Shown: positions 1-10,758 of the stretch, piece after piece
Numbering within the stretch: the first letter of the stretch is position 1
Layout: each line of letters begins with the position of its first letter
Sequence record: SRR31156797_177
Direction: 5' to 3' (one strand)
Length of the DNA: 38,648 nucleotides
Notes under the pieces: generated by a model
Seen by the model: the letters and a program-made list of their open reading frames with translations, nothing else
What the model was told of the DNA's origin: nothing
Database searches by the model: none
Position numbers and translations under genes: made by a program

Positions 1-273
1 AAAAGCCATATGCTCTAAAAAGTGAGCCAATCCATTCTGATTGTCATTCTCAAGAATAGCACCAACATTCTGAACAATGTAGAAGCTAGCACGATCTTTT
101 GGTTCTTCGTTATGACGCACATAGTACGTTAAACCATTCTCTAATTTTCCGGTCCTTACATTTGGATCCATCGGAAGTTTAGCGTCCATACTACTTTGAG
201 CTGATAGCATTCCTGCTGCCGTCAGAACTAAAGTACCACAAAGGCTAACTTTACCAATAAAATTTTTAATCAT
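1..273 (-). CDS. M16 family zinc metallopeptidase (PqqL-like), N-terminal part, runs off the window
   Basis: Not in the ORF track. Manual translation from ATG at 273 gives [26 protein letters not shown]...[59 protein letters not shown]: a signal peptide plus the inverted zinc motif HxxEH. Confidence 0.9.
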   Translation of the reverse strand, partial: MIKNFIGKVSLCGTLVLTAAGMLSAQSSMDAKLPMDPNVRTGKLENGLTYYVRHNEEPKDRASFYIVQNVGAILENDNQNGLAHFLEHMAF

Positions 274-568
274 TTGTAATCTGTTTTAGTGATTTGATTA
301 TACAAAATACACAACATAAGTGTAAGCGTCTTGTAAATTAACGAAAGAATTAGTTATTTAACAATTCAATTTGCATTTTTTAACAAGTCATCAACTCTAT
401 ATTTACAATATAATTTTACAATGATATTTCCTCACGAAACACTCGAATGTATTGCATTTGATCAATAGACAATTAAGAAAATCATACTGATTTTAACCAA
501 TCGGAAAGCAATATAAATTAAATCTAAATAAAATGATCATCCATTCAAAATGTATTATTATTCAAAAT

Positions 569-598
569 AAAAAAGGAGCACCAACAGGCGCTCCTTTT
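569..598 (-). terminator. Intrinsic terminator after the flotillin gene
   Basis: Minus-strand RNA GGAGCGCC-UGUU-GGUGCUCC followed by U6. Confidence 0.8.
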
Positions 599-622
599 CA
601 ATTCAATTTCTAAAGAAGTTGT

Positions 623-2041
623 TTATTCTTCTTCATTTTTATCCTTATCTGAGACATCTTCGAAAGCTACAGTTTCATCGCCTTCTACCTTTTTACCAAG
701 GTAAGTTGGCAATTCCATTCCAGCCATTTTGAACAATTCTTCCATTGGAGGAATAGATCCCATCATACCTTGCATAAAATTAGCTGTAGATGTTTTACCA
801 TCTTTGCCACCACCATTCTCCCAAACGGTAACTTTATCAATCTTGATGTTCTTGATAGCCTCAACCTGAGTAGAAACCAATTCTGGTAATTTATCTGCAA
901 TCATTAACATTACAGCATCCTTAGCGTCTTCACCTGCAGCATTCACAATCTTATCAAAACCTTCCGCTTGCTTACTCAAAATCTCATAGATACCTTTCGC
1001 TTCTGCTTCCATCTTCATGTAAATCGCATCCGCCTCACCTTTTGCATGACGACGAGTCTGCTCTGCAATCGCCTCTGCAGCAATCTCAATCTTTTCTTTA
1101 TCAATTTGAGCAGGTACAACAATATCCGCTGTTTGAGATGCCTTATCACGAGTTGCACGAGCTGCTTCCGCCAATTGCTCTGCAGCGTAAGCTTCCTCTA
1201 ATGCTCTCGCCTGAGTTACTTTCTCTGCAGCAACTGCCAAACGTTCTGCTTCCGCTTCTTTCTCTCTTCTACTCGCATCCGAATTCGCAACAGTAACTTT
1301 TGCCATATTTTCTCCTTCTACTGCCGACGCATCAGCTGCGGCTACCTGTACACGTTGCTCCTGATGTGCATTTGCCTCTCCAATAGAACCATCACGATTC
1401 TTCTCAGCAACACTTTTCTTAGCATCATTAATTGCTTTCGCAGCTGCTTCCTTACCTAAAGCCTGAATGTATCCCGACTCATCGTTAATATCGGTTACGT
1501 TCACATTGATCAGTTTCAAACCAATCTTGTTCAATTCAGCTTCTACGTTAGATGATACGGCTGCCAAAAATTTATCACGATTACTATTGATTTCCTCAAT
1601 ATCCATAGTCGCAACTACCAAACGCAACTGACCGAAAATAATATCTTTAGCCAAATTACTAATATCTTCCTGAGATAAACCTAACAAACGTTCTGCAGCA
1701 TTAGTCATTACACCTGACTCTGTAGATACACCAACGGTAAATCGAGATGGCACATCCACACGAATGTTCTGCTTACTTAGGGCATTGGTCAAATTAATTT
1801 CTATTGATATCGGTGTTAGATCCAAAAAAGCATAGTCCTGAATAATAGGCCAAATAAAAGCCGCTCCACCATGAATACATTTAGCAGAACGAGATTCTGT
1901 TCCAACTCCTTTACCAACTTTACCATACACAACCAATATTCGATCGGATGGACATCTTTTGTATCGTTTAAAAAACGAAACAATCATCACAAAGACAAAG
2001 ATTGCCGCTGCGGCAAAAAGAAAAACTACATATTCTCCCAT
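623..2041 (-). CDS. Flotillin/SPFH-domain membrane protein (FloT/YqiK-like)
   Basis: N-terminal TM helix, SPFH domain (GGAAFIWPIIQ, GQLRLVVATMDIEEINSNRDKF), long Ala/Glu-rich coiled coil, and IKIDKVTVW motif. Confidence 0.9.
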   Translation of the reverse strand: MGEYVVFLFAAAAIFVFVMIVSFFKRYKRCPSDRILVVYGKVGKGVGTESRSAKCIHGGAAFIWPIIQDYAFLDLTPISIEINLTNALSKQNIRVDVPSRFTVGVSTESGVMTNAAERLLGLSQEDISNLAKDIIFGQLRLVVATMDIEEINSNRDKFLAAVSSNVEAELNKIGLKLINVNVTDINDESGYIQALGKEAAAKAINDAKKSVAEKNRDGSIGEANAHQEQRVQVAAADASAVEGENMAKVTVANSDASRREKEAEAERLAVAAEKVTQARALEEAYAAEQLAEAARATRDKASQTADIVVPAQIDKEKIEIAAEAIAEQTRRHAKGEADAIYMKMEAEAKGIYEILSKQAEGFDKIVNAAGEDAKDAVMLMIADKLPELVSTQVEAIKNIKIDKVTVWENGGGKDGKTSTANFMQGMMGSIPPMEELFKMAGMELPTYLGKKVEGDETVAFEDVSDKDKNEEE

Positions 2042-2054
2042 AGTGTTTTATTAA

Positions 2055-2642
2055 TTAATTGGGTTTTACTACTAAAATTTGATTATTTAATATATCTACA
2101 ACCGTTACGATTGTTCCTGTAGGAATCTCGGTTTCATGATCTGTAACTGCATCTAAGGTTTGAAGCCCTTGAACTTGAATTTGAATCTTCCCCATGGCAC
2201 TACGTTTCGCAGGAATTGGAAGATATACACTTCCTGACTTGCCTAAAGCATTTTTCATTTTTAGGCTTCCATCTTCGACCAATTTGCCCATCATATACAT
2301 GATTGATGCCATAATAAACATCATTATTAAGCCTGCAACAGTAGCAATTAATGCTGAAATTCCAGGAGTATAGCCTGTATGCAAGCAAATAATCCCCGTC
2401 CATCCAAAGATGGTAAAGAAAGCGATCAGGTTTTTAAGACTTAGAAATTGAAAATCGATACCTCCGTCACCGTCAATTGAAGCATCTGCATCTCCATCAA
2501 CGTCCATGTCTTCAACATCTCCACCAAAAAATGTTAATACAGTTTGAATGACAAAAAAGAACGAAAAAAGAATGGCAATTGCCCAAAAAACTTGTTCAAC
2601 CAAACTCATATCGCTCCACCAATTCGAAATAGATACAATCAT
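2055..2642 (-). CDS. NfeD-like membrane protein with C-terminal OB-fold (flotillin partner)
   Basis: Three hydrophobic helices, acidic D-rich loop, C-terminal GKSGSVYLPIP...GKIQI...IPTGTIVTVV; 13 bp upstream of flotillin as in yuaF-floT. Confidence 0.75.
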   Translation of the reverse strand: MIVSISNWWSDMSLVEQVFWAIAILFSFFFVIQTVLTFFGGDVEDMDVDGDADASIDGDGGIDFQFLSLKNLIAFFTIFGWTGIICLHTGYTPGISALIATVAGLIMMFIMASIMYMMGKLVEDGSLKMKNALGKSGSVYLPIPAKRSAMGKIQIQVQGLQTLDAVTDHETEIPTGTIVTVVDILNNQILVVKPN

Positions 2643-2768
2643 AATTATTGTTTTTTATTTGTTTGAAATTACCAATAATTATTGACCTATCATTCATTAT
2701 GCTTAACTGATTTTTGTATTTTAGTTGTATTCTAAATTTCACATGTTTTTTAATGAAATTTTGCCGAT

Positions 2769-2795
2769 AAAAAAAGGAGCACCATTTGGCACTCC
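2769..2795 (-). terminator. Intrinsic terminator after the tricorn protease gene
   Basis: Minus-strand RNA GGAGUGCC-AAAU-GGUGCUCC followed by U7. Confidence 0.8.
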
Positions 2796-2821
2796 CTATA
2801 ATCAAATTATTGTAATATTTC

Positions 2822-5800
2822 TTACTTGATATCCTCTTCAATCCATTCAGAACGATTAGGATCAGCAGGAGCTGAAACTTTTTTCGCCTTCTTCTGCTCA
2901 AGTTCTTTCAATAAGATCTCAACAGCTTTCTTTACAGATGGATCGATTCCTTTAGCTACCAAATGAGGTTCATCGTAAACTTCGATATCAGGATAAACAC
3001 CAATTCCTTCGATAATCCATTTCTGATTCTCATCGAAAATACCGAATCGAGGAACGGCAATGTATCCGCCATCAACTAAACCTGCATTTCCTGACATTCC
3101 AACTAATCCACCCCAGGTACGAGTACCGATTAATGTTCCCAATCCTTTCTTTCTGAAATAGTATGGGAAAGCATCTCCACCAGATGAAGAATAAGAATTA
3201 ATCAACATGGCTTTAGGTCCATCATGAGCAACTCCAGGAGTTTGAGAAGGTTCTAATCCTCTTCTGTGCCAGTACGACAACACATCACGATCTAACAAAT
3301 CTGCCATGTGATCAGGAATAAATCCACCACCATTGTAACGGTCATCAATAATCAAAGCTTCCTTGTCGTGATAAGCATACATTCCTCGGTGTAGTTCACG
3401 ATTTCCTTCGAATGCTGTATTCGGAACATGGATATAACCAATCTTCCCATCAGACAATTTGTTTACCATTTCACGACGCTCATTCACCCAATTTAGGTAC
3501 AACAATTCCAATTCACTAGCGATTGGTTTGATTGTATAAGTTTTTGCTCCTTCGAAAGATGGTTTACTATTCACGGTAATTTCAACAGTTTTACCTACTG
3601 TATTCTCCAAATACAAATATGGATTAACTGCCGTAGTCAACTCTTTGCCATTAATACTTAGCAAGAAATCGCCTTCTTTCACATTTACACCTTGCTCTGT
3701 TAATGGAGAACGACGAGAGCTATTCCAGTTCTCACCTGCATAAATCTTTGAGATGATATACTTTTTATTGCTTAAATCTGCCTCTAGTTTAGCTCCTAAT
3801 AATCCTGTTTCAACAGTTTTTACTTTCTCAAAATCACCATAGTTCACATAAGCGTGCCCTGTATTGGTTTCCGAAATGATTTCACCCAAGATGTAATCCA
3901 GATCAGCACGATGACTTACGTAAGGCATTAGCTTAGCGTAATTGGCTTTAATTTGTGCCCAATCAACACCATGAAGGTTGGCCACGTAGAAATAATCTCT
4001 AAAAATACGCCATCCATCTGTATAGATCTGTTCCCACTCCTTCTTTGGATCGATTTTCATTTCAAGACCATCCAATGACAATTCACCAGCTTTTGCCTTT
4101 TGTCTGGCAGATAAACCTGTAATTCCATAAGTTGATCCGGAACGATACATAATCTTATCTCCTTTTCCAGATAGAACTACTGATGAAACACGATCAAGAA
4201 TTACCTCATCCTTTTCTTTTTTCAGATCAAAACGATGAAGGCTACCATTGGAAGTATACAATACACCTCCCTCAACAGCATTTAAGTTTCCGTATCTTCC
4301 TGATGACAATGGAAGAGCCGTAATTCGATTGGCAATACCGTCAAAATCAATCTCTACTTTTAATTTCTCTTCCGCCTTATCTTCTTTCTTTCCTTTTTTA
4401 TTAGATTTAGGAGCTTCTTTAACTTCCTCTTTTATCTCTTCAACATCATTCTTTAAAGGAAATAATTTTGGACCATCAGCTTTTAATGCCATTGCAAAAA
4501 TGCGAGTTGCATTATTATACAAATAATTGAACTCGAAACTTGAAAAGCTCAAGTTGAAATCTCTATTCGACGTAAAGAAAAGAAAGTTTCCATCGGTTGA
4601 GAATACAGGCTCTGAATCGCTAAAAGTATCATCAGTTAACTGAGTGTTTTTTCCAGTTGAGATTTGATGTACCCAAACAGCACCTTGTCCATTCTTACTA
4701 TCTTTCACATAAGTAATCCATTCCGAATCTGGTGAGAAATTGTAATCGTTGATCTCGTTACGTTTAGCAACATCTGCCACTTTTACTTCCCCACTTTCAA
4801 CATTCAGATATTTCAGTTTTAAACTTCTATCGAAGAACAACAGGTATTTGCTATTTGCAGACCATTTTGCATCATACATCCATGAAGAAGATCCCGAAGT
4901 TATCTGCTTTGCTTTTGCTCCTTTTTTGTTTTCCAGCAAATAAATTTCATATTCTCCAGTAGCATCTGAATAGTAGCTAATGTATTTGCCATTTGGAGAC
5001 CATGTTGGCGAAGTTTCTCTCACTCCCTGAGTTTGAGTAAGGTTTATACTCGGACCATTCTTAGCTGGAACCGAGAAAATATCTCCACGAGCATCGAATA
5101 AAGCACGTTTCCCTGATGGTGAAACTGCCCAACCATCGATAAAATCCTTTACATTTTTGTAATAAGGAAGTATGTTTGGATTATCGAAGTGAATGTTTAC
5201 AATAACTCTTTCCTCTTTTCCTGTTTCCAAATTCAACTTGAATAACTGACCACCATTTTCATAAACCAACTGTCCATTTTCTCCCGATGGCCACATTACA
5301 TCAAAGGTTTTGTGATGGGTTACCTGAGTAATTTCTTTGCTGTCTACATCGTATTTGTAAATGTTTAATTTCAAATCACGATCGGATGCAAAATAGATGG
5401 CATTCTTATACCATGAAGGAATTTGATCGGAACCTACAAATTTTGTAATTCTTTCCGATTGATCATTCTCTAAATCGTAAATCCATAAGTCAGCAGCTCT
5501 ACCTCCTTTATATCTTTTCCATGTACGGAATTCACGACTAATTGGAGCGAAACACATTTTCTTAGCATCTGGTGAGAATACACCAAATCCACCTTCGGGA
5601 ATCTGCAATGCTTCTTCCATTCCTCCATCAATATTTACTTTGTAGTAAGTACCATTTCTCTCTCCAAAAGCTGTACGATTCATACGAACCAATATCGATT
5701 TGCTATCAGGCGTCCAATCCAAAACGGCATTATCGAATCCACCTCTTGGAGGCATCATTCCAACCGAATTGTAGTACGTCAACTGTTTTGGAGTACCACC

Positions 5801-6097
5801 TGTTGATGGCATTACAAAAACCTGACGACTGCCTGAATATTCACCTGAGAATGCAATCCACTTGCCATCGGGTGAGATTTTTGGGAACAATTCCATTCCC
5901 ATATGTGAAGTTAATCTTGTAGCATCACCTCCATTTGCATCAACCGACCAGATATCTCCGGCATAAACAAAGGCAATAAGGTTTCCATTTACATCAGGAT
6001 ATCGCATTAAACGAACATCCTTTTGCGCTTGAGCATTCCCTAAAATGCTCATAAGAACGATACATAAAGCACCTATTCTTAAACTGAATTTTAGCAT
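2822..6097 (-). CDS. Tricorn-like S41 family protease, exported (beta-propellers, PDZ, S41 domain)
   Basis: PD40/TolB-like repeats, ETNTGHAY, PDZ segment, GYIHVP, IIDDRYNGGG, SSSGGDAF and GTRTWGG motifs. ATG at 6097 (MLKFSLRIGALCIVLMSILGNAQA) gives a clean signal peptide; the track start is 6130. Confidence 0.9.
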   Translation of the reverse strand: MLKFSLRIGALCIVLMSILGNAQAQKDVRLMRYPDVNGNLIAFVYAGDIWSVDANGGDATRLTSHMGMELFPKISPDGKWIAFSGEYSGSRQVFVMPSTGGTPKQLTYYNSVGMMPPRGGFDNAVLDWTPDSKSILVRMNRTAFGERNGTYYKVNIDGGMEEALQIPEGGFGVFSPDAKKMCFAPISREFRTWKRYKGGRAADLWIYDLENDQSERITKFVGSDQIPSWYKNAIYFASDRDLKLNIYKYDVDSKEITQVTHHKTFDVMWPSGENGQLVYENGGQLFKLNLETGKEERVIVNIHFDNPNILPYYKNVKDFIDGWAVSPSGKRALFDARGDIFSVPAKNGPSINLTQTQGVRETSPTWSPNGKYISYYSDATGEYEIYLLENKKGAKAKQITSGSSSWMYDAKWSANSKYLLFFDRSLKLKYLNVESGEVKVADVAKRNEINDYNFSPDSEWITYVKDSKNGQGAVWVHQISTGKNTQLTDDTFSDSEPVFSTDGNFLFFTSNRDFNLSFSSFEFNYLYNNATRIFAMALKADGPKLFPLKNDVEEIKEEVKEAPKSNKKGKKEDKAEEKLKVEIDFDGIANRITALPLSSGRYGNLNAVEGGVLYTSNGSLHRFDLKKEKDEVILDRVSSVVLSGKGDKIMYRSGSTYGITGLSARQKAKAGELSLDGLEMKIDPKKEWEQIYTDGWRIFRDYFYVANLHGVDWAQIKANYAKLMPYVSHRADLDYILGEIISETNTGHAYVNYGDFEKVKTVETGLLGAKLEADLSNKKYIISKIYAGENWNSSRRSPLTEQGVNVKEGDFLLSINGKELTTAVNPYLYLENTVGKTVEITVNSKPSFEGAKTYTIKPIASELELLYLNWVNERREMVNKLSDGKIGYIHVPNTAFEGNRELHRGMYAYHDKEALIIDDRYNGGGFIPDHMADLLDRDVLSYWHRRGLEPSQTPGVAHDGPKAMLINSYSSSGGDAFPYYFRKKGLGTLIGTRTWGGLVGMSGNAGLVDGGYIAVPRFGIFDENQKWIIEGIGVYPDIEVYDEPHLVAKGIDPSVKKAVEILLKELEQKKAKKVSAPADPNRSEWIEEDIK

Positions 6098-6165
6098 GTT
6101 ATAAGTATTTGTAATTTGTATGGATATCAACTTTTATATATTCAAAATTGATGAAGTGAAGCTAC

Positions 6166-6200
6166 AAAAAAAGTGGCATCCCCCTAAAGGAATACCACTT
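6166..6200 (-). terminator. Intrinsic terminator at the end of the PUL (after GH97)
   Basis: Minus-strand RNA AAGUGGUAUUCC/GGGAUGCCACUU stem with G-U pairs, followed by a U-tract. Confidence 0.8.
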
Positions 6201-6221
6201 AAAATATTGTTAAAGTTTTAT

Positions 6222-8297
6222 CTACTTTACTTCCATCAAACTAATAGCTGCTCCACCTCCAGCTACCAAATGCAATTTCAGTTTTGAATCTGCATTTACC
6301 GTTTGTTCTTTAATCTCATATTCTGTTGGATTCTCATCCCAATGAGCATCTTTTCCATCGATATAAAGAATCGCCTTATACTCTTTACCTTTTGGAAGAA
6401 AATCCAAATTGATTTCCATGTCGCGTGCATTTTCATCAGTAATGGCACCCACAAACCAATTGTTAGATCCTCTGTCCTGACGAGCTATGGTAACAAAATC
6501 ACCAATTTCACCATTTAATACTTTTGTTTGTTCCCAATTTACGGCAACATCACGAATAAACTGGAAAGCATCATTTCCCTTGTAATTTTCAATCAAATCA
6601 GGAACCATTTGAATTGGGCTATTTAAAACCACGTACAAAGCCAACTGATGTGCTAAAGTTGTATTCACTTGGTTATTTGGCTTATGTGGTGTCAACTTGA
6701 TATTGAAAATACCTGGAGTATAATCAATCGGACCAGCCAACATTCTAGTGAAAGCAACAATTGGTAGATGCTCCGGAGGATTTCCACCATCGCTTGCCCA
6801 TGCATTAAACTCTTGTCCACGAAGTCCTTCACGAGCGATTGCATTAGGATAAGTTCTTCTTAAACCGGTGGCTTTAATCGGTTCATGAGCATTAATCGCT
6901 ATCTTATTTTTTGCTCCTTTTACAATAGCTCTTCTGTAATGATTAACCATCCACTGTCCGTGGTGAAATTCTCCCTTTGGAATGATTTTACCAACATATC
7001 CGGTTTTAACCGAATGAATTCCTAAAGAGTTCATTAAATGGTAGGCTGTGTCCATTTGCTGATCGTAAGTACGAGGAGCTGCTGATGTTTCGTGATGCAT
7101 GATCAACTCTACACCTTTTGATTTTCCATAACGAACAACTTCTGCCAAATCGTAATCTTTATACGGAGTTACAAAATCAAAAACACCTTCACGATCTTCA
7201 AAACCAATCCAGTGTTCCCATCCGGTATTCCATCCTTCAACTAAAATACCACCAATGTTATTTTCTGCTGCAAAATCGATTAATTCTTTAGCATATTCGG
7301 TAGTTGCACCATGCTTCCCGCTAGCCATGTCCCAGCTTTTGGTTCCTACGTGCATATCCCACCAAATACCAACATATTTCATTGGCTTAAAATAATCTAC
7401 CGATCCAATTTTATTTGGTTCATTCAGGTTTACAATCAAATCTGATTCAATTAGATCTCCTGCACTTTCAGCAATTTGAATGGTTCTCCATGGGGTATTA
7501 AAAGGTAAACTTCTTTTCACCTTATAATCATTGTTCTTCGATCCAACCAGGTTACTTTCAAACATCAATTCTTCCTTGTTAACTTTCAAAGTCATTCCTG
7601 AGTAATCCGTTAAATTGGCTTCATGGAAACTCAAATATACACCTTCAGCTGTTTTCATAGTAACTGGTGTATTTACTGCATTCACAGGGATAGAAGTTTG
7701 TGCAAGATTATCGTTATTTCTCAAATCTGTAGCATTAATTCCTGTAAAGTTAGTTGTATGATAAAGATGCTCGTAAATATCCCAATCACCAGGAATCCAC
7801 CATACTTTGTGATCACCCGTAAGATTAAACTGAGTTCTCTCTTCGGTAATCATCACCTCTTTCATTGCCTCCTGTTCAGGAAATTCATAACGAAATCCCA
7901 ATCCATCGTTATAAACTTTAAACACAATGTTCATTTTACGATGTGGCGCCTTTTCCTCTTCTAATGATAATTTCAATCTGTTGTAATTATCCGTAACTGT
8001 TCTTTTCTCTCCCCATTGCATTTCCCAAGTTGTATTGCTTGATATACTCTGAGTAGCAACAATCTTCCATCCTTTTTCGATTGACGGCAAATTCTTAAAA
8101 TCGAAAGCCATTTTTGAAGGTTCAATAATTGACTTTCCGTTAAAAGTTACATTGTAAACAGCTTGTCCTTCTTGCATGACAAACTCAAGCCCAATTTTTC
8201 CATCAGGCGATTTTACTGTGGTGTCCATTTTTTCACTGGAACATGATGCAAATAACATCACTCCTAGAAATGCATAAAGAATTGATCTAAAATTCAT
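6222..8297 (-). CDS. susB: Glycoside hydrolase family 97 alpha-glucosidase (SusB-like), probable lipoprotein
   Basis: KYVGIWW, LVEGWN, MHHETS, KTGYVG, HHGQWMVNHY, RGQEFNAW and GPIDYTPG motifs; lipobox LFASC. Glu in HHET fits the inverting GH97 group. Confidence 0.85.
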   Translation of the reverse strand: MNFRSILYAFLGVMLFASCSSEKMDTTVKSPDGKIGLEFVMQEGQAVYNVTFNGKSIIEPSKMAFDFKNLPSIEKGWKIVATQSISSNTTWEMQWGEKRTVTDNYNRLKLSLEEEKAPHRKMNIVFKVYNDGLGFRYEFPEQEAMKEVMITEERTQFNLTGDHKVWWIPGDWDIYEHLYHTTNFTGINATDLRNNDNLAQTSIPVNAVNTPVTMKTAEGVYLSFHEANLTDYSGMTLKVNKEELMFESNLVGSKNNDYKVKRSLPFNTPWRTIQIAESAGDLIESDLIVNLNEPNKIGSVDYFKPMKYVGIWWDMHVGTKSWDMASGKHGATTEYAKELIDFAAENNIGGILVEGWNTGWEHWIGFEDREGVFDFVTPYKDYDLAEVVRYGKSKGVELIMHHETSAAPRTYDQQMDTAYHLMNSLGIHSVKTGYVGKIIPKGEFHHGQWMVNHYRRAIVKGAKNKIAINAHEPIKATGLRRTYPNAIAREGLRGQEFNAWASDGGNPPEHLPIVAFTRMLAGPIDYTPGIFNIKLTPHKPNNQVNTTLAHQLALYVVLNSPIQMVPDLIENYKGNDAFQFIRDVAVNWEQTKVLNGEIGDFVTIARQDRGSNNWFVGAITDENARDMEINLDFLPKGKEYKAILYIDGKDAHWDENPTEYEIKEQTVNADSKLKLHLVAGGGAAISLMEVK

Positions 8298-8469
8298 AGT
8301 TGATTGATACTTAAATAAAACTGAAAAAATCCTAATGGTTTATAAACCACCGGACTATAAATTTAGGATGTTCGCCGCTAAAAGACGAACATCCCTAACT
8401 AAAATTTCTAATTTATCTCACCTAAGGCTAATACGGTGAAATGCTTTATTAAATTGCCTTTCAACAGAT

Positions 8470-9174
8470 TTAATTCATTTTTAATTCATAGTCGAATTTG
8501 GTTCCCAAAATCAACTTGATTGTGTAATTGCCACTCTCAGGAACCTGAATCGATCCTGGATCAGATTCTGAATCAAACAATCGCAATGATAAACTTCCAT
8601 CTACAACTCCAAATTGAGGTGCCCATTGATCATTGGCTCTGAATTTTAACCATTCGCCTCCAATCAAATCTACTGTTACGGTATAGATATATTCTCCATT
8701 ATCAGAAGATTCCAAAGTCATATTAGTATCCTCTCCCCAGCCTCCTGGAGTTGAACTTCCAATCGCTCCCCAGCTTTCAATTGCTACATGAGAAATTGAT
8801 TTAGCAGTGGTGTCAATTCTAAAAAAGTACTTGCCAGCTGTTTCAGCAAAGTTTATTACATCTCCATCGATAACCAATTCATCAGCTGAATTCAAACCAA
8901 AACTGGTTGTATTTGGCTGTTCTGCTGTAGAATTGTTTTCATGAGTAATTACAATATTCCCATTGCTTAAATCCAAAAATTTAGTGGCTTGTCCTACTAC
9001 ATTACCGGCAACCATTCCACCACCAGTTTCAAGTCCTGAAAAAGGTGTAGCATCACCAGAAATATAGTATCCATTGTAGATTTCCAAAACATTTGGAGCA
9101 TCTACTTCATCATCGCACGAGGTAAAACCTACACTTGCGAAAATGGCTATTAGTATTATTGATAATTTATTCAT
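8470..9174 (-). CDS. SusE/SusF-like surface glycan-binding lipoprotein
   Basis: Lipobox GFTSC followed by acidic DDE; C-terminal module WGAIGSSTPGGW...KFRANDQW...SGNYTIKL; lies right after susD. ATG at 9174 preferred over the track start at 9192. Confidence 0.75.
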   Translation of the reverse strand: MNKLSIILIAIFASVGFTSCDDEVDAPNVLEIYNGYYISGDATPFSGLETGGGMVAGNVVGQATKFLDLSNGNIVITHENNSTAEQPNTTSFGLNSADELVIDGDVINFAETAGKYFFRIDTTAKSISHVAIESWGAIGSSTPGGWGEDTNMTLESSDNGEYIYTVTVDLIGGEWLKFRANDQWAPQFGVVDGSLSLRLFDSESDPGSIQVPESGNYTIKLILGTKFDYELKMN

Positions 9175-9207
9175 TTCTAAATTATTTTTCAATTGGTGAT
9201 TCCACCA

Positions 9208-10692
9208 TTAGTTCAAATTTGGATTACTGTCGATTGCCCATTGAGGAATCGGAAACAAATAATTCGTCTCGGTATCAGGTGATTTTTCCCACCATGAATT
9301 TGTGAATTCTCCAAAGCGAATTAAATCCTGACGACGATGAGCTTCGCACCACATTTCTCTACCTCTTTCAGCTAGAAGATTGTCCAATGTGATATCAGCA
9401 TTATCCCAGATTGTCGCGCCAGCAATAGTTCTGATATCATTAATTTCAGCTTTTGCGATAGCCAAACTTCCTCCTGTTTTTCTTAGTTCACACTCCGCTT
9501 TCATCAACTTGAAATCTGCTAAACGGAAAATAGGAAGATCATTACTCAGGTTATCCTTAACGCCACTCTTAATTTCGAACTTTACCATACGAGCTCCTGA
9601 GAAACGAATTTCTTCAGATGAATAAGAAGCATCCATTCGTAAAGCTGGTACTTCTTTGGTGAAGATTACTGGCGCATTACCTGCATCGGTATCTACCAGC
9701 ATTTCGCCAGTTGACGAATACTGCTGCCCCAATAATAACCCAGCTTTACGCTGATCGGCATCTTCAAACAATTCGACCAATCTTTCCTGAGCACAGAAGC
9801 CATTCCAGAAAGTTGTTTTAGCATTAAATGTTGCTGTATTTGTGTAATGCAAAGTTCTACGATGAAGAATAAATCCCTGATAGTTATCCTCATCGTAAGG
9901 AACTGTAAAAATGTTCTCAGGTGAGTTTTGATTTTCAGTAACAAAAGCACCCAATCTGTTCGATTCCAGACTGTATGGTCCTGCAATAATTAAATCACAA
10001 TATTCTTCACATTTATCCCACATTGCAGTTCCTGTGAATACCTCCGCATTCAGGTATAATTTTGCCAATAATGCATAGGCAGTATACTCGTTAACAGAAC
10101 TCGTTGAAGAACCAGACAAATCATCAATTACACTTTCAATATCTGCTATAATGTTATTAAAAACCGTTGCACGACTAACTTTCACCGGTTCTGCAGGTGC
10201 ATCAGCAAAACTTGTAACGTAAGGTACATCGCCATAGTTATCGATTAACAAATAGTAATAATAGGCACGCAATACTTTCATTTGTGCCACAGCATTTTTA
10301 GAAGCTTCGGCATCTCCCAAATACTCAATTGCCTTATTACATTCCGTAACACCATTGTAAAAATTACGCCACATGTTGTTTACATATTCATGATTGTTAT
10401 CCCATGTGTGAGTGTGTAGAGCTCTCCATTTTCCACCATCATCCCAATCGGAACCACGAGTAGGAGCAACAATAAGATCGGATGTAATTTCCTGTGCAAA
10501 CCACCAGCCACCATCGATATGCGATTGCAATTGTGAGTAGGCATTATTTGTGATTAACTGTGCCTGAGTTTCATTCTCAGGATATTCATCTGCCAAGAGT
10601 TCGCTGTATACTTGATCGTTTAAATCGGTACACGATGCAAACAAAGCGAGTATGGCAAAAAGACCAACTATTTTTATTTTCATCTTGTTCAT
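9208..10692 (-). CDS. susD: RagB/SusD family lipoprotein
   Basis: Lipobox LFASC; LRAYYYYLLIDNYGDVP, LLAKLYLNAEV and ERGREMWCEAHRRQDLIRFG motifs. Confidence 0.92.
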   Translation of the reverse strand: MNKMKIKIVGLFAILALFASCTDLNDQVYSELLADEYPENETQAQLITNNAYSQLQSHIDGGWWFAQEITSDLIVAPTRGSDWDDGGKWRALHTHTWDNNHEYVNNMWRNFYNGVTECNKAIEYLGDAEASKNAVAQMKVLRAYYYYLLIDNYGDVPYVTSFADAPAEPVKVSRATVFNNIIADIESVIDDLSGSSTSSVNEYTAYALLAKLYLNAEVFTGTAMWDKCEEYCDLIIAGPYSLESNRLGAFVTENQNSPENIFTVPYDEDNYQGFILHRRTLHYTNTATFNAKTTFWNGFCAQERLVELFEDADQRKAGLLLGQQYSSTGEMLVDTDAGNAPVIFTKEVPALRMDASYSSEEIRFSGARMVKFEIKSGVKDNLSNDLPIFRLADFKLMKAECELRKTGGSLAIAKAEINDIRTIAGATIWDNADITLDNLLAERGREMWCEAHRRQDLIRFGEFTNSWWEKSPDTETNYLFPIPQWAIDSNPNLN

Positions 10693-10758
10693 TTTTCTAG
10701 TTAAGCTTTGAAATAAATCCCATTCCTGAGATTTTCAATTCATGTAAATTACTTCTCC

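Noticed and set aside
2596-2901. 101-aa minus-strand ORF bridging the tricorn and NfeD-like genes
   Set aside because: Overlaps both genes out of frame and crosses a clear terminator
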